Under the pieces are notes generated by a model. That model worked only from the letters and a program-made list of their open reading frames with translations. It was not told the origin of the DNA and made no database searches. From Candidatus Dadabacteria bacterium (GTDB lineage Bacteria > Desulfobacterota_D > UBA1144 > Nemesobacterales > Mycalebacteriaceae): DNA of 64,000 bases. A program made the position numbers and the translations under genes. The stretch is from the NCBI GenBank assembly GCA_026708565.1, contig JAPOUR010000032.1:9081-73080 (forward strand), in the 5' to 3' direction. This document shows, piece by piece, positions 27,544 through 37,500 of the stretch (its first letter is position 1; each line of letters begins with the position of its first letter).

Positions 27544-28749
27544 ATGCAAAGATTGACGGACAATCAGTTGCTTAAGTTGTTGAATGACCTTGAGTCCGAC
27601 TGTGCCGAGCGCAAGGAAACATTCAAAGGAGAGGCGTCCAAAAAGGCAAGACAGGCGGTCTGTGCGTTTGCCAATGACCTACCCGGCAACAACCGGCCGG
27701 GTGTGTTGTTTATCGGCGCAAAAGACAACGGCGAACCGAGCGGATTGGATATTACAGATCAACTTCTTTTATCTTTGGCGGACATGAAAACAGACGGCAA
27801 TATCCTGCCTTTGCCCGTGTTGTCGGTGGAAAAACGCACATTGAGGGGGGCGGATATGGCTGTTGTCACAGTCCTGCCGTCCGACATGCCTCCGGTTAGG
27901 TATGCCGGGCGTATATGGACTCGCACCGGTCCGCGCCAGTCCATTGCCAACGAGCAGGAAGAGCGCATCCTTAATGAAAGGCGCAGATACAAAAACCTGC
28001 CGTTTGACCTCCGCCCCGTCCCCAGCGCGACCCTTGCGGATTTGTCAAAGACGATATTTGAGAATGAATATCTGCCCGCCGCATTCGCAAGCGATGTTTT
28101 GGAAGAAAACAACCGAAGTTATGAGGAACGTTTGGCTTCATGCAAAATGCTCTCATTGCAAGACAATGCGCCGACCGTGCTTGGGTTGATTGCAATCGGC
28201 AGAAACCCGCAGGATTTTCTGCCCGGAAATTACATACAGTTCCTGCGTATTGATGGCACTGAACTGGCCGACCCGGTTATAGACAACGCAAAAATCGTTG
28301 GTGATATAGTCAAAATGTTGCGACTGACGGAAGAAAAACTCCAAGCCCATAACCGTGAAGCGGTGGATATTACATCGGGACCAACACATAAATTAGACAG
28401 CGCCTATCCGCATGTGGCGTTGCAACAAATCCTTTACAATGCCGTTCTCCATCGCGCTTATGAAAGTAACAACGCGCCAGTTCGCGTTTACTGGTATAAC
28501 GACCGAATTGAAATCATCAATCCCGGCGGGCCTTATGGAGAGGTTACGGCGGAAAACTTTGGTCAACCGGGCATAACCGGCTACCGCAACCCGAACATAG
28601 CGGATGTGTTAAAAACCTTCGGTTTCATTCAGGCTTTCGGGCGCGGCATAGCCACCGCAAAACGGACAATGGAAGAAAACGGCAACCCGCCGCCGGAGTT
28701 TGAAGTCAACCAGAGTTTTGTAAAATGTATTTTGCGGGGCAAGGTGTGA
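27544..28749 (+). CDS. ATP-binding protein with an AlbA_2 (Schlafen-like, divergent AAA) N-domain and an HATPase_c_4 C-domain. Proteins of this architecture are often annotated as RecG-like regulators.
   Basis: Domain architecture recognised from sequence. GC is about 50%, against about 60% in neighbouring genes. It starts 5 bp after the proA stop. Confidence 0.6.
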   Translation: MQRLTDNQLLKLLNDLESDCAERKETFKGEASKKARQAVCAFANDLPGNNRPGVLFIGAKDNGEPSGLDITDQLLLSLADMKTDGNILPLPVLSVEKRTLRGADMAVVTVLPSDMPPVRYAGRIWTRTGPRQSIANEQEERILNERRRYKNLPFDLRPVPSATLADLSKTIFENEYLPAAFASDVLEENNRSYEERLASCKMLSLQDNAPTVLGLIAIGRNPQDFLPGNYIQFLRIDGTELADPVIDNAKIVGDIVKMLRLTEEKLQAHNREAVDITSGPTHKLDSAYPHVALQQILYNAVLHRAYESNNAPVRVYWYNDRIEIINPGGPYGEVTAENFGQPGITGYRNPNIADVLKTFGFIQAFGRGIATAKRTMEENGNPPPEFEVNQSFVKCILRGKV

Positions 28750-28759
28750 ACGCCGATTC

Positions 28760-30160
28760 TTGTTAACAATGGCAAAGCGAAACTTTGAAAACCGGACACT
28801 GTATCACGGAGACAACCTCAAGTTCTTGATGGAAATGAACTCTGGAACCATTGACTTGGTAGCAACCGACCCGCCGTTCAACAAGAGTAAGGATTTCCAT
28901 GCCACACCAGACAGTTTGGCCAAGGGTGCTAAATTTCAAGACCGATGGTCGTGGAAAAAAGATGTGCAACAGGAATGGGTTGACCAGATAACTGATGACC
29001 ATCCTGCACTCAAGGAATCTATTGAGGCAGCTAGAGCAGCGCACTCCGATGGTATGGGAGCATTTTGTTGCTTCTTAGCGGTGAGGCTTTTGGAAATGAA
29101 GCGCATCCTTAAACAGACTGGCTCCATATACATTCACTGCGACCCTACAGCAAGCCATTACATAAAGACCATTATGGACGCAATTTTCGGCAGGAAAAAT
29201 TTCATCAACGAAATAGTTTGGAACTATGAGAAGTGGACTAATGCGGGGAATATTTTCCAACGAAACCATGATCTAATCTTGTTTTACGGAATGCCAGAGT
29301 ACAAATTCAACAAGCAGTACGGAGAACGCACACAGAGGCAGAAATCACTTATGAAGGCCGGGTACAATTTGGGTTCCAGTAACGGGGTTCGGCTGGTCAG
29401 GATATACGACAAAAATAACCCGAATGTTGTGAAAAAACTCTCGGAATGGAAAGCGGAGGGGCGGGCAGTCTACTATGTGGATGAACCGGAAGGCAAGGCA
29501 CTATCAGATGTTTGGGACATTCCATCCCTGAATGGGCAGGCAAAGGAGCGATACGGCTACCCGACTCAAAAGCCTCTCGCCTTATACGAAAGAATAATAG
29601 AGACATCCAGTGACGAGGGAGATGTCGTTCTTGACCCATTCTGCGGTTGTGCTACGACATTGGTTGCCGCAGAAAGGCTGAAAAGAAAGTGGGTCGGCAT
29701 GGACATATGGGATGAAGCGAAAGATGCTGTCATCAAAAGGTTGTCTAAGGAAGGGAAACTCAATTCTGATCAACTGAGCAGTCCAGAAACTCTCTTCTAC
29801 TGGGATAAGATTATATATGAAACTACGCCGCCAGAACGTGCGGATAATGACATCAAGGAAGACCGTCCCGTATATCAGGTGCCAGAAAGATTTCAAGAGC
29901 CGGGGCAGAAAATGGGGCGACAGGAAATGGTAGAATACCTGCTGAAACACAACGGCCCCGTATGCCAAGGATGCGACAGAGAATTCAGTGATCCTCGCTA
30001 CTTGGAACTAGACCACAATACACCTCGTTCAGATGGGGGGCTCAACCACATAACCAACAGGGTATTACTGTGCGGTCCTTGTAACAGACTGAAAAGCAAT
30101 AGGTTCACCCTGAGTGGATTGCGTAGAGAGAACAAGAAACTCGGTTACATGGCTGATTAA
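28760..30160 (+). CDS. Beta-class DNA N6-adenine/N4-cytosine methyltransferase fused to a C-terminal HNH endonuclease domain.
   Basis: Motif IV LVATDPPF (aa ~35-42) precedes motif I VVLDPFCGCATT (aa ~290). The HNH domain is CQGCDREF...LELDHNTPRSDGG...NRVLLCGPCNRLKSN (aa ~400-450). Confidence 0.75.
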   Translation: MLTMAKRNFENRTLYHGDNLKFLMEMNSGTIDLVATDPPFNKSKDFHATPDSLAKGAKFQDRWSWKKDVQQEWVDQITDDHPALKESIEAARAAHSDGMGAFCCFLAVRLLEMKRILKQTGSIYIHCDPTASHYIKTIMDAIFGRKNFINEIVWNYEKWTNAGNIFQRNHDLILFYGMPEYKFNKQYGERTQRQKSLMKAGYNLGSSNGVRLVRIYDKNNPNVVKKLSEWKAEGRAVYYVDEPEGKALSDVWDIPSLNGQAKERYGYPTQKPLALYERIIETSSDEGDVVLDPFCGCATTLVAAERLKRKWVGMDIWDEAKDAVIKRLSKEGKLNSDQLSSPETLFYWDKIIYETTPPERADNDIKEDRPVYQVPERFQEPGQKMGRQEMVEYLLKHNGPVCQGCDREFSDPRYLELDHNTPRSDGGLNHITNRVLLCGPCNRLKSNRFTLSGLRRENKKLGYMAD

Positions 30161-30184
30161 TAAGCAAATTGGATATGTATTGAC

Positions 30185-31021
30185 TCACTTAGTAGGTAAA
30201 TCTTTATTTGGCGAAAAAAGTTCATGCTCAAAGAAGAAATCCTCTGGCAATTGTATGTTGCATTTAATCCCCATTTTTTCATCGAACAAAACAAATGTCA
30301 TTGTCATATACTTTGATGATAAGCGCATGTAATCGGCCTCCATGAAAGGATTATACCTCACTATTGGCACTAAATGCCCCTTGTGTAAAGGATTGGTGCA
30401 CGGTCTAACATTATGCATTCCAACATGTTGCCACATATTATGTACCGCTCCACTAAGTGGAACATAGGCATATTTATAGGTAGACTCTCTACCTATTTCT
30501 TTTGCCATTTCTCTTGCTGACATACCCGACCATGACCCTACATTAACTTCTGTAGCCCATTCAGCCAACTGACTATTTAACCAAGACTTCTTTCCTTGTA
30601 TCGTTCTTTCTAGCATATCTAAGTCGGAAGGGTCGGTGCATTTACTGATGGATTCTTCCAAGAACTCTATGTATAATTTTTCTTGACCTATACCATACTC
30701 CACATACTGCTTACTACGACTTTTTGGATCTTCCAGTATCCATGCCATAGTGATATACGCTTCTACCATGCATCGAAGAAACAACGGAGCAATGTGTGAA
30801 TTCCAAGTGGACGGAGCGAAAGCCATCTCCGTTGTCAAAATAACCTGTCTAGACAATAAAGCTCCGATACTCTCATGTATATGCTTATCATAAATCTCCG
30901 GTTTGACTTGTTGCCACCGAGCATCAAAACCATCTCTAACAATTTCTACATATACATCGATAAAATCATTCAGTAATTCGTTCTTGTCAGTCTCTACTTT
31001 ATCACTCATTTTGCTCACCAA
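30185..31021 (-). CDS. Hypothetical protein B, 278 aa, in an AT-rich region. It is convergent with the methyltransferase gene, 25 bp away.
   Basis: Long ORF in a locally low-GC segment with no recognisable catalytic motifs. It is overlapped by 20 bp by upstream gene A. Confidence 0.55.
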   Translation of the reverse strand: MVSKMSDKVETDKNELLNDFIDVYVEIVRDGFDARWQQVKPEIYDKHIHESIGALLSRQVILTTEMAFAPSTWNSHIAPLFLRCMVEAYITMAWILEDPKSRSKQYVEYGIGQEKLYIEFLEESISKCTDPSDLDMLERTIQGKKSWLNSQLAEWATEVNVGSWSGMSAREMAKEIGRESTYKYAYVPLSGAVHNMWQHVGMHNVRPCTNPLHKGHLVPIVRYNPFMEADYMRLSSKYMTMTFVLFDEKMGIKCNIQLPEDFFFEHELFSPNKDLPTK

Positions 31022-31772
31022 ACCTACATTGACTAATCTCTACACCGCAGTTCCAAAAACATCTAGCCCAAGTATTGTCGAGATTAAGCACTCCAAATTC
31101 GCCCAATCCATTTATTCGTAAGAGCCCAGCAGCATGTTCCGCTTCCTCGCTACCGGGCTTATTGATAACGGCATCGAAATCTGGCGAATCCATATCAGAT
31201 GGAAAGTGAGTGGTTCCTGTCACAAGGCGGAATAAGAGCATAGCACCGTGTAAAACAATACCGGGTGTCTCGTATTTATTAACCGTTTTTCCTACACATT
31301 CTTTGATACGAAAAACAAGTTCTTCCCTTGAAAATACATTGCTTGGTGGCCCTATGAAGATTAGCGGGCAGTCATCATAGAGTAGCACAAGTGGCGCAAT
31401 AGCATCTCGAATTACATCCAGAATTTCACTTTTCTTGAACAATTCAACTAATCTGATTTTCTGTTTCGTACTCAGGCATCTAAAACTAGATATAAGAGAA
31501 AAGTTGCTCTGCTGGTCATCTTTTTTTATTTCATTTACCGCTATGAAGATTGTTTCCAGTATGCGAGTCCCTTCAATATAGCCAACTTTCTCATTTATAA
31601 GTCCAATCCACACTAATTCTGGGAGCATATCATCTACATAACTTACAGATTTCATAGGAATCTGTTTTATTGGAGGTATAAACCGCTTCCCTATTCTCTT
31701 ATGCCCTTCAAGAACTTTTCGTCTTTGTTGCTTCCCTTTGTTCTTCTGTTCATTGTGACTTTTGACTACCAT
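31002..31772 (-). CDS. Hypothetical protein A, 256 aa, with a basic N-terminus (KNKGKQQRRK). It is the first gene of a two-gene AT-rich cassette.
   Basis: Long ORF with an AT-rich 5' intergenic region upstream (31773-31980) and a 20-bp overlap with gene B. Confidence 0.55.
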   Translation of the reverse strand: MVVKSHNEQKNKGKQQRRKVLEGHKRIGKRFIPPIKQIPMKSVSYVDDMLPELVWIGLINEKVGYIEGTRILETIFIAVNEIKKDDQQSNFSLISSFRCLSTKQKIRLVELFKKSEILDVIRDAIAPLVLLYDDCPLIFIGPPSNVFSREELVFRIKECVGKTVNKYETPGIVLHGAMLLFRLVTGTTHFPSDMDSPDFDAVINKPGSEEAEHAAGLLRINGLGEFGVLNLDNTWARCFWNCGVEISQCRFGEQNE

Positions 31773-31980
31773 CTCAGTACCTTCGCAATGTCTATAATAC
31801 TACATTTCAATACCATCTTATACCACTATCCTCAAACTCCACTTCTGACAAAAGTCTACCTATAGATATCTTGTTCACTCTGAGACGTGAAACACAAGCC
31901 ACACCATTACCACTATAGAGTTGGCTGGTGGTGAAATAGATTCCTGTGCGCGTAAACAAGCAGGTTTGTGTCAACGGCAA

Positions 31981-32178
31981 TCAAACCCGGCTCCAGTCCT
32001 CATAAATCATTTCACGAGTGTCCTCCCATGAAAGATTTTCAAACGGGTTCGGGTCGCCGGGGTTTCCCACAGTTAAATTGCGAGACATCTTGTAATGTTT
32101 TTTGGACTGTTTATCCGAAATGGTCTTGTTAATACCGTCTTCAACAACAGACCGCAAGGTACGCTCCACTTTCTTCAT
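31981..32178 (-). CDS. Small hypothetical protein of 65 aa (MKKVERTLRSVVEDGINK...), starting immediately after the pdaD stop.
   Basis: The ATG sits right after the pdaD stop codon and is preceded by GGTGGGG. Confidence 0.3.
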   Translation of the reverse strand: MKKVERTLRSVVEDGINKTISDKQSKKHYKMSRNLTVGNPGDPNPFENLSWEDTREMIYEDWSRV

Positions 32179-32180
32179 AA

Positions 32181-32741
32181 TCAATTCCCCACCGGCACAT
32201 AAGAGCAAAACACCACCGCCGCCACGACAGTCGTCCACAGCCCCTTTTTATCGCCGAAGGCGCTCTGAGTTACATTCTGCGTCTTCACATCATGCCCGCT
32301 TATCTTCCATATATCTTTCTGCTCATCGTAACTCTTTTCCATGTTGAACGGCGCTCCCAGAGTTGTGGCAAGCATATAGGCGGCAAGGTCTTCCGCATAT
32401 TCACCTGCCTGAGACCTGTTCTGCCCGAAACTGTGATGCTCCGATATGTAGCCGAACCTGCTCTTCTCATTCGGCAACGCCAAACCGGCGGACGCCGCAA
32501 CCAAGCGGTTCGGCTCATTGGTGGCGTTGTCGCTCATGACAACATGAACTATCTGCCCCGGAGAGAGCAGTCTCGCGCCCTTTGAGCGGGGCACTATCTT
32601 ACAGTAGGGGGGAAAGATACTGGACACCCTCACAAGGTTGAACTGCGCTATCTTTGCGTTCCTGAGCGCCATCTCAAAACTGGCAAGTTTTTCCTTGCTT
32701 TTTCCGACTCCCTTTGTAACAAAAGCTGTGGTTGGAATCAT
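32181..32741 (-). CDS. pdaD: Pyruvoyl-dependent arginine decarboxylase.
   Basis: MIPTTAFVTKGVGKSKEKLASFEMALRNAKIAQFNLVRVSSIFPP matches the PdaD N-terminus; 186 aa. Confidence 0.8.
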   Translation of the reverse strand: MIPTTAFVTKGVGKSKEKLASFEMALRNAKIAQFNLVRVSSIFPPYCKIVPRSKGARLLSPGQIVHVVMSDNATNEPNRLVAASAGLALPNEKSRFGYISEHHSFGQNRSQAGEYAEDLAAYMLATTLGAPFNMEKSYDEQKDIWKISGHDVKTQNVTQSAFGDKKGLWTTVVAAVVFCSYVPVGN

Positions 32742-32814
32742 AAAATCTCACCCCCCTCTCTTCGGGCGCGTGATATATATATGCGGTGATGTCTGTTGTC
32801 AATAAGGCGGGAAA

Positions 32815-33660
32815 ATGCGGATAGGATGCCACGTGTCAATCAGCGGGGGAATTGAGAAAGCGCCCCGCCGCGCCGCCGATTTCGGATGCGAATGCTTCCA
32901 GATATTCACCCGGTCTCCACGGGGCGGAAACCCGCCGGAGATTGAAAAATCCGCCGCGCAAAAGTTCCGGTCGGAACGCAAGCGGTTGGGGCTTGCGGAC
33001 TGCTACGTCCACACGCCCTACATAATCAACCTCGCATCGGCAAATCCCGAACTCAGAAAGAAATCAGTCGACATGGTCGCCCGGGACCTTGAGAGAGCGG
33101 AGGCGGTCGGCGCGGCGGCGGTGGTAACCCACATAGGAACGGCGGCGGGAAGCGGCAGGAAGGAGGCAACGGAAAAAGCGGCCGCCTCACTGAGGGAGAT
33201 AACCGCCGCCGCGCGCGGAATAAAAGCCCGGCTTCTGATTGAAAACTCGGCGGGGCAGGGGGCGACACTGGGAAGCGCCTTTGAAGAAATCGCGCGAATA
33301 CTTGACAAGGCGGGCGCGGACACGGGCGTCTGTCTTGACACCGCGCACCTGTTCGGCGCGGGCTACGAACTGAGGTCGCCGGAAGGGTTTGAGGAAACCG
33401 TCCGCTCCATAAAAGCAACCTTTTCGCCCGGACGGGTGGGGCTTGTCCACTGCAACGATTCAAAGGTTGAAAAGGGCTCACGCAAAGACCGCCATGAGCA
33501 CATCGGGCTCGGAACGATAGGAACGGAGGGATTTGAAACCGTCATGGCGTCCGGAGTTTTTGACAAGGTTGATTTCATCGTGGAAACGCCGCCGTCCGGA
33601 AGCGCGGCTGATGTGAAAAAACTTAAAAATATCAGGCGGAAAACAAGTCGCTCCATATAG
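32815..33660 (+). CDS. nfo: Endonuclease IV (AP endonuclease family 2).
   Basis: N-terminus MRIGCHVSISGG, and conserved residues VTHIG and HCNDS. Confidence 0.8.
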   Translation: MRIGCHVSISGGIEKAPRRAADFGCECFQIFTRSPRGGNPPEIEKSAAQKFRSERKRLGLADCYVHTPYIINLASANPELRKKSVDMVARDLERAEAVGAAAVVTHIGTAAGSGRKEATEKAAASLREITAAARGIKARLLIENSAGQGATLGSAFEEIARILDKAGADTGVCLDTAHLFGAGYELRSPEGFEETVRSIKATFSPGRVGLVHCNDSKVEKGSRKDRHEHIGLGTIGTEGFETVMASGVFDKVDFIVETPPSGSAADVKKLKNIRRKTSRSI

Positions 33661-33673
33661 TAGAATACTGCGG

Positions 33674-34531
33674 ATGAAAAACGGCAACATTGGCACAAGA
33701 ATAGCAACGGCGTCCGTCCTGTTTGTCCTGATAACCGCCTTGACCTACATGGGCGGGGTGTATTTTCTGCTTCTCATCGGCTCAATATCAATCGCCGCCA
33801 CACGGGAGGTTCACCGGCTTCTTGCCCCCGGCGGACTGCTCCCCGGCAAGGGGGCGCTTATGGCGGGAGTGGCTCTTGTGCTCGCGGGAGCCCATTTGGG
33901 AGAGCAGTATTTTTTAATCGTCTTTTATGTGGCGGTAACGGGAGTTCTTACAGTTCACCTTGCGCTTGGCGCGGATGACATATCGGAATATGTGAGGCGG
34001 GCGGGAATGTCTCTTGTCGCGCTGACACTTCTTGCAATGATGACGGGCTTCGCCGTGCTCCTCAGAAACATAGGCGACCCGCTTGAAGGCGCGGGGCCGC
34101 CGGTGTGGGCGTGGTTGAAAAATGAGTTGGGCTTTTTCCTTGTGGCAATGGCGTTTCTGTGCGGAGCCGCGAATGACTCGGCTGCCTACTTTGCGGGCAA
34201 GTGGGCGGGGAAAACCAAACTGGCGCCGAACATAAGCCCGGGCAAAACCGTTGAGGGCGGCGTGGCGGGAGTGGCGGCGTCCGTGGGAACGGCGCTTCTT
34301 GTAAACTCCGTTTTCGGCTCGCCTTTTTCAATCGCGCTCGCGTCTGTTTGCGGGTTGCTTGCCGGGGTTCTTTCCGTAACCGGAGACCTCATTGAGTCCG
34401 CCATAAAGCGGAATTGCAACGCCAAGGACTCCGGCACAATGCTGCCCGGACACGGCGGGGTTTTTGACCGCTTTGACGGAATGATATTCGTGTTCCCGGC
34501 GTTTTACATAATCGCCGCGCTGTTGCGTTAG
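33674..34531 (+). CDS. cdsA: Phosphatidate cytidylyltransferase.
   Basis: C-terminal signature SAIKRNCNAKDSGTMLPGHGGVFDRFDG. Polytopic membrane protein. Confidence 0.8.
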   Translation: MKNGNIGTRIATASVLFVLITALTYMGGVYFLLLIGSISIAATREVHRLLAPGGLLPGKGALMAGVALVLAGAHLGEQYFLIVFYVAVTGVLTVHLALGADDISEYVRRAGMSLVALTLLAMMTGFAVLLRNIGDPLEGAGPPVWAWLKNELGFFLVAMAFLCGAANDSAAYFAGKWAGKTKLAPNISPGKTVEGGVAGVAASVGTALLVNSVFGSPFSIALASVCGLLAGVLSVTGDLIESAIKRNCNAKDSGTMLPGHGGVFDRFDGMIFVFPAFYIIAALLR

Positions 34532-34539
34532 CCGCCCCG

Positions 34540-37500
34540 CTAACGGAAATCTATGTTAAAAATCAAATCAACCCCCGGTGTAAGCCCGCCCGCCACGCCT
34601 TCCACAGTGAAGTGGTCGCTCAGCAGATAGCGCGCGACAAACCTGCTTCTGTAGGAGGTTGATATGGGCAGGGGAGTCTCGCTTACCCTCTGGTAGGTGG
34701 TGTAAAGCCGGTCGGTGATATATGTTCCCGCCTCTATTTCGGATTCAAGTATCCCGCCGCCTCTTCTTGTTATGCTGAAAACATCCACAAAGCCGAGCGG
34801 ATTGCTTTCAACCAGTGAAGAAAAAAGCTGGTCTGCGGCATAACCGAAAGCCGAATAGCCGCCGTTCTCCCGCCGCCCGTCAACCGCGTCCGCTATGTCA
34901 ATGGCGCGGTCGTTTTTGCCTCTGGTAAGCAGGGCGAGAATTATCTCATCCTCCTTCATCGCGGGAACGCTTGAGAGGGTCAAACCGAGCGCGTCCGCCT
35001 CGCCGTGAAGGCCCGCCTTGACTGACAGACCGGTCCTCTCATACAGGGCGTTTATGTCAACAATCGGCATCAAATGCTCCCTCGCGGAAAGTGATATGGA
35101 GCCGCGGTCAATATCAAACTGCTTGCCGAGCAATGTGTATGAGCCCCTGATGACATTCAACTCGCCTTCAACCGAACTGAAATCGTTTCCGGGTTGCATT
35201 ATTATGCGCAAATCGCCCGACAGAATGGAGTTAACCCTGTCCAGCCGGAAACGGGTGTCATCGGATATGCGCAACCGGAAATCCAAATCCGAAGTCTGGG
35301 TGAAAAACCCGAGATCTTTTCCCTCGGCAAACTTTTCGCCGTCAGCGGAGTCGGGGGAGTCAACATAAACCAGCCCGCCGACCTCCAGATTTGCTTCTTT
35401 CCTGAGCCAGATATTGGCGTTCCGTGTTTTCAGGTCTTCCGCCCGGATGCGTATGTTTCTGCCTTTTCCATCAACAAAAAGCGTTCCCAGAAAGCCCGAA
35501 TACAAATGCGAAATGTGCAGAAATATGCCGTCAAGGGCGGCCTCGCCGGAGTAGGAAAAATCTTCCGTCTTGAAAGTCCCGTTCAGCAAAGCCGTCCCGA
35601 AAGGGTCCCGGATGCCGAGGGAAGAGTGTATTGAGCCGCCGTCAAATTCCAGTTCGCCAAACTCCACCTCCATCACTTCCGTCCAGTCGCCGACCTTCAC
35701 CCTTGCGGAGTCAAAATTTACTTTGCCTCTCATGTCAATGCCCTCGGCGGCTTTGAAAACCGTCAAATTGCCGCTGAAACCGCCGTCAAGGTTGCGAATC
35801 TTGTCGGACAGCAAAGCCAGAGGTTTGAGTGTGAAATCTTCCGCCTTCAGATTCAGGTCATAAATTGCGGGACCGCGCACAAGCCAATTGAGCCGGGGGG
35901 ATTCACCGGCGGCGGGAGAAAGCCCTCCGGAAAGGTCAAGGAAGCCGCGCCCGCCGTCAATAAGCAGGTTGAATGACATGCGCTCCGAAGAGTCCCGGCG
36001 GACAACCCTCAGGTTTGCGCCGTCTCCCGACGCGCCCCGGTAGCGAATATTCAAATCGGCGGCGGGCCAGAGCGCCGCGCCGTCAACGGAAATGCTGCCG
36101 TCAATTATCCCCCTGTGCGCGAAAAGGGGAGGGTAAAACGGCTCAAACAACCTTGTGCTGACGCCTAAAAAATCTGCGACAACCTTGATTTCAGGCTGCT
36201 CCGCGCCGTTTCCGTAAGAGCCTTGAAAGCGCAAAACGGACTTGTCGCCAAACATCTCCGCCGCTTCCACGTCAACCATGCCGTCCGACACTTTGACGGA
36301 AAACGGGCGTGAGAGCGCAAGGGAAAAACCTCCAGCCTTTGCCTTAAACTTGTCCACCCGCGCGCCTTCCGGAGACACCTCGCCCTCAATATCAAAAGCG
36401 GCGGAATCCTTAAACTCCGCCTTCGCAACCGCTTTGCCCTCCGCAAGTTTGAGCCCGGCTTTCCCGGCAACCGTGTCGCCGTAGGAAAACTCACGCACGG
36501 ACGATTCCAGAAACACCTTGTCCGCAATGGCCGCGCGGAGCGGAAGCGGAATATGAAAATCAAATTTTCCCTCTTCAAGCCCTAATTTCTTCCCCCTGAG
36601 GGAAAAGGAAAAATCTCCGGCCTCCGCGCTTCCCGAAACGGACATTTCCCCGCCGCGCAATTTTTCAAAGACCCCCTCCGATTTAACGGAGCCGGTCATT
36701 TCGTAAAGGTTGAGCGCTCTGGTCATATCCGAGAGGTAGAAAACATCATCGGCCTCAACCTTGTATTGCGCGGTAATGTCGCCCTTGTGGGAGCGGGCTT
36801 CGGCCTCAACGAGAAAGTTGCGGGATTTAATCATAAATCTGCCCGGGTCAATCTCCCCTCCTTTCAGGGCGAGCAGAAAATACGACTCAATGCTTTTTAC
36901 TCCGAACAGGTCAAGCGCGTTGCGGTAGTTTTTGGGCACATTGCCGGAGATGACAAAGGCTCCGTCCTCTCTTCTCAGCGAGCCCGTGAACTTTATTCCC
37001 CCGGCGGGGAGTTCTCTTTTGAACACGTCCGCCACAAACTCAAACTCTCTTTTTGAAGCGGAAGACGCGCCGGGCGCTTCAACCTTCATCCTGACATTGG
37101 AACTTATCCCGCCCATAAAAACATTTCCGAGGATTGACAACTCCCCGTCCTTCTCAAGCGTGACCGAACTGAGAGACAGGCCGCTTTTGCGCCCCCACAA
37201 AACGGCGTCGGAAACGGAGACGCTTCCCTCCCACGGGGAGTCCGGAGCGCCGGGGGCCGAAACATCAAACTCCGCGCGAGCGGTTCCCCTTTGAGTCTCA
37301 ATCACTCCGTTGCCCTCCGCGCCGGTCAAAACCTCCGGCCCGCCCGGCGCAAGCAAAACGTGAAGGGCAAGGTCGCTGACGGAAACATTCATATCGGGGA
37401 GCGACACTCTCCCGTCCGCAAGGCTCACTTTCAGAGACTTTTCGTCCGGAGCAAACGAGACGCGCGCATTGTGGATTGCGATTTCCCTGCCCCGAAACAG

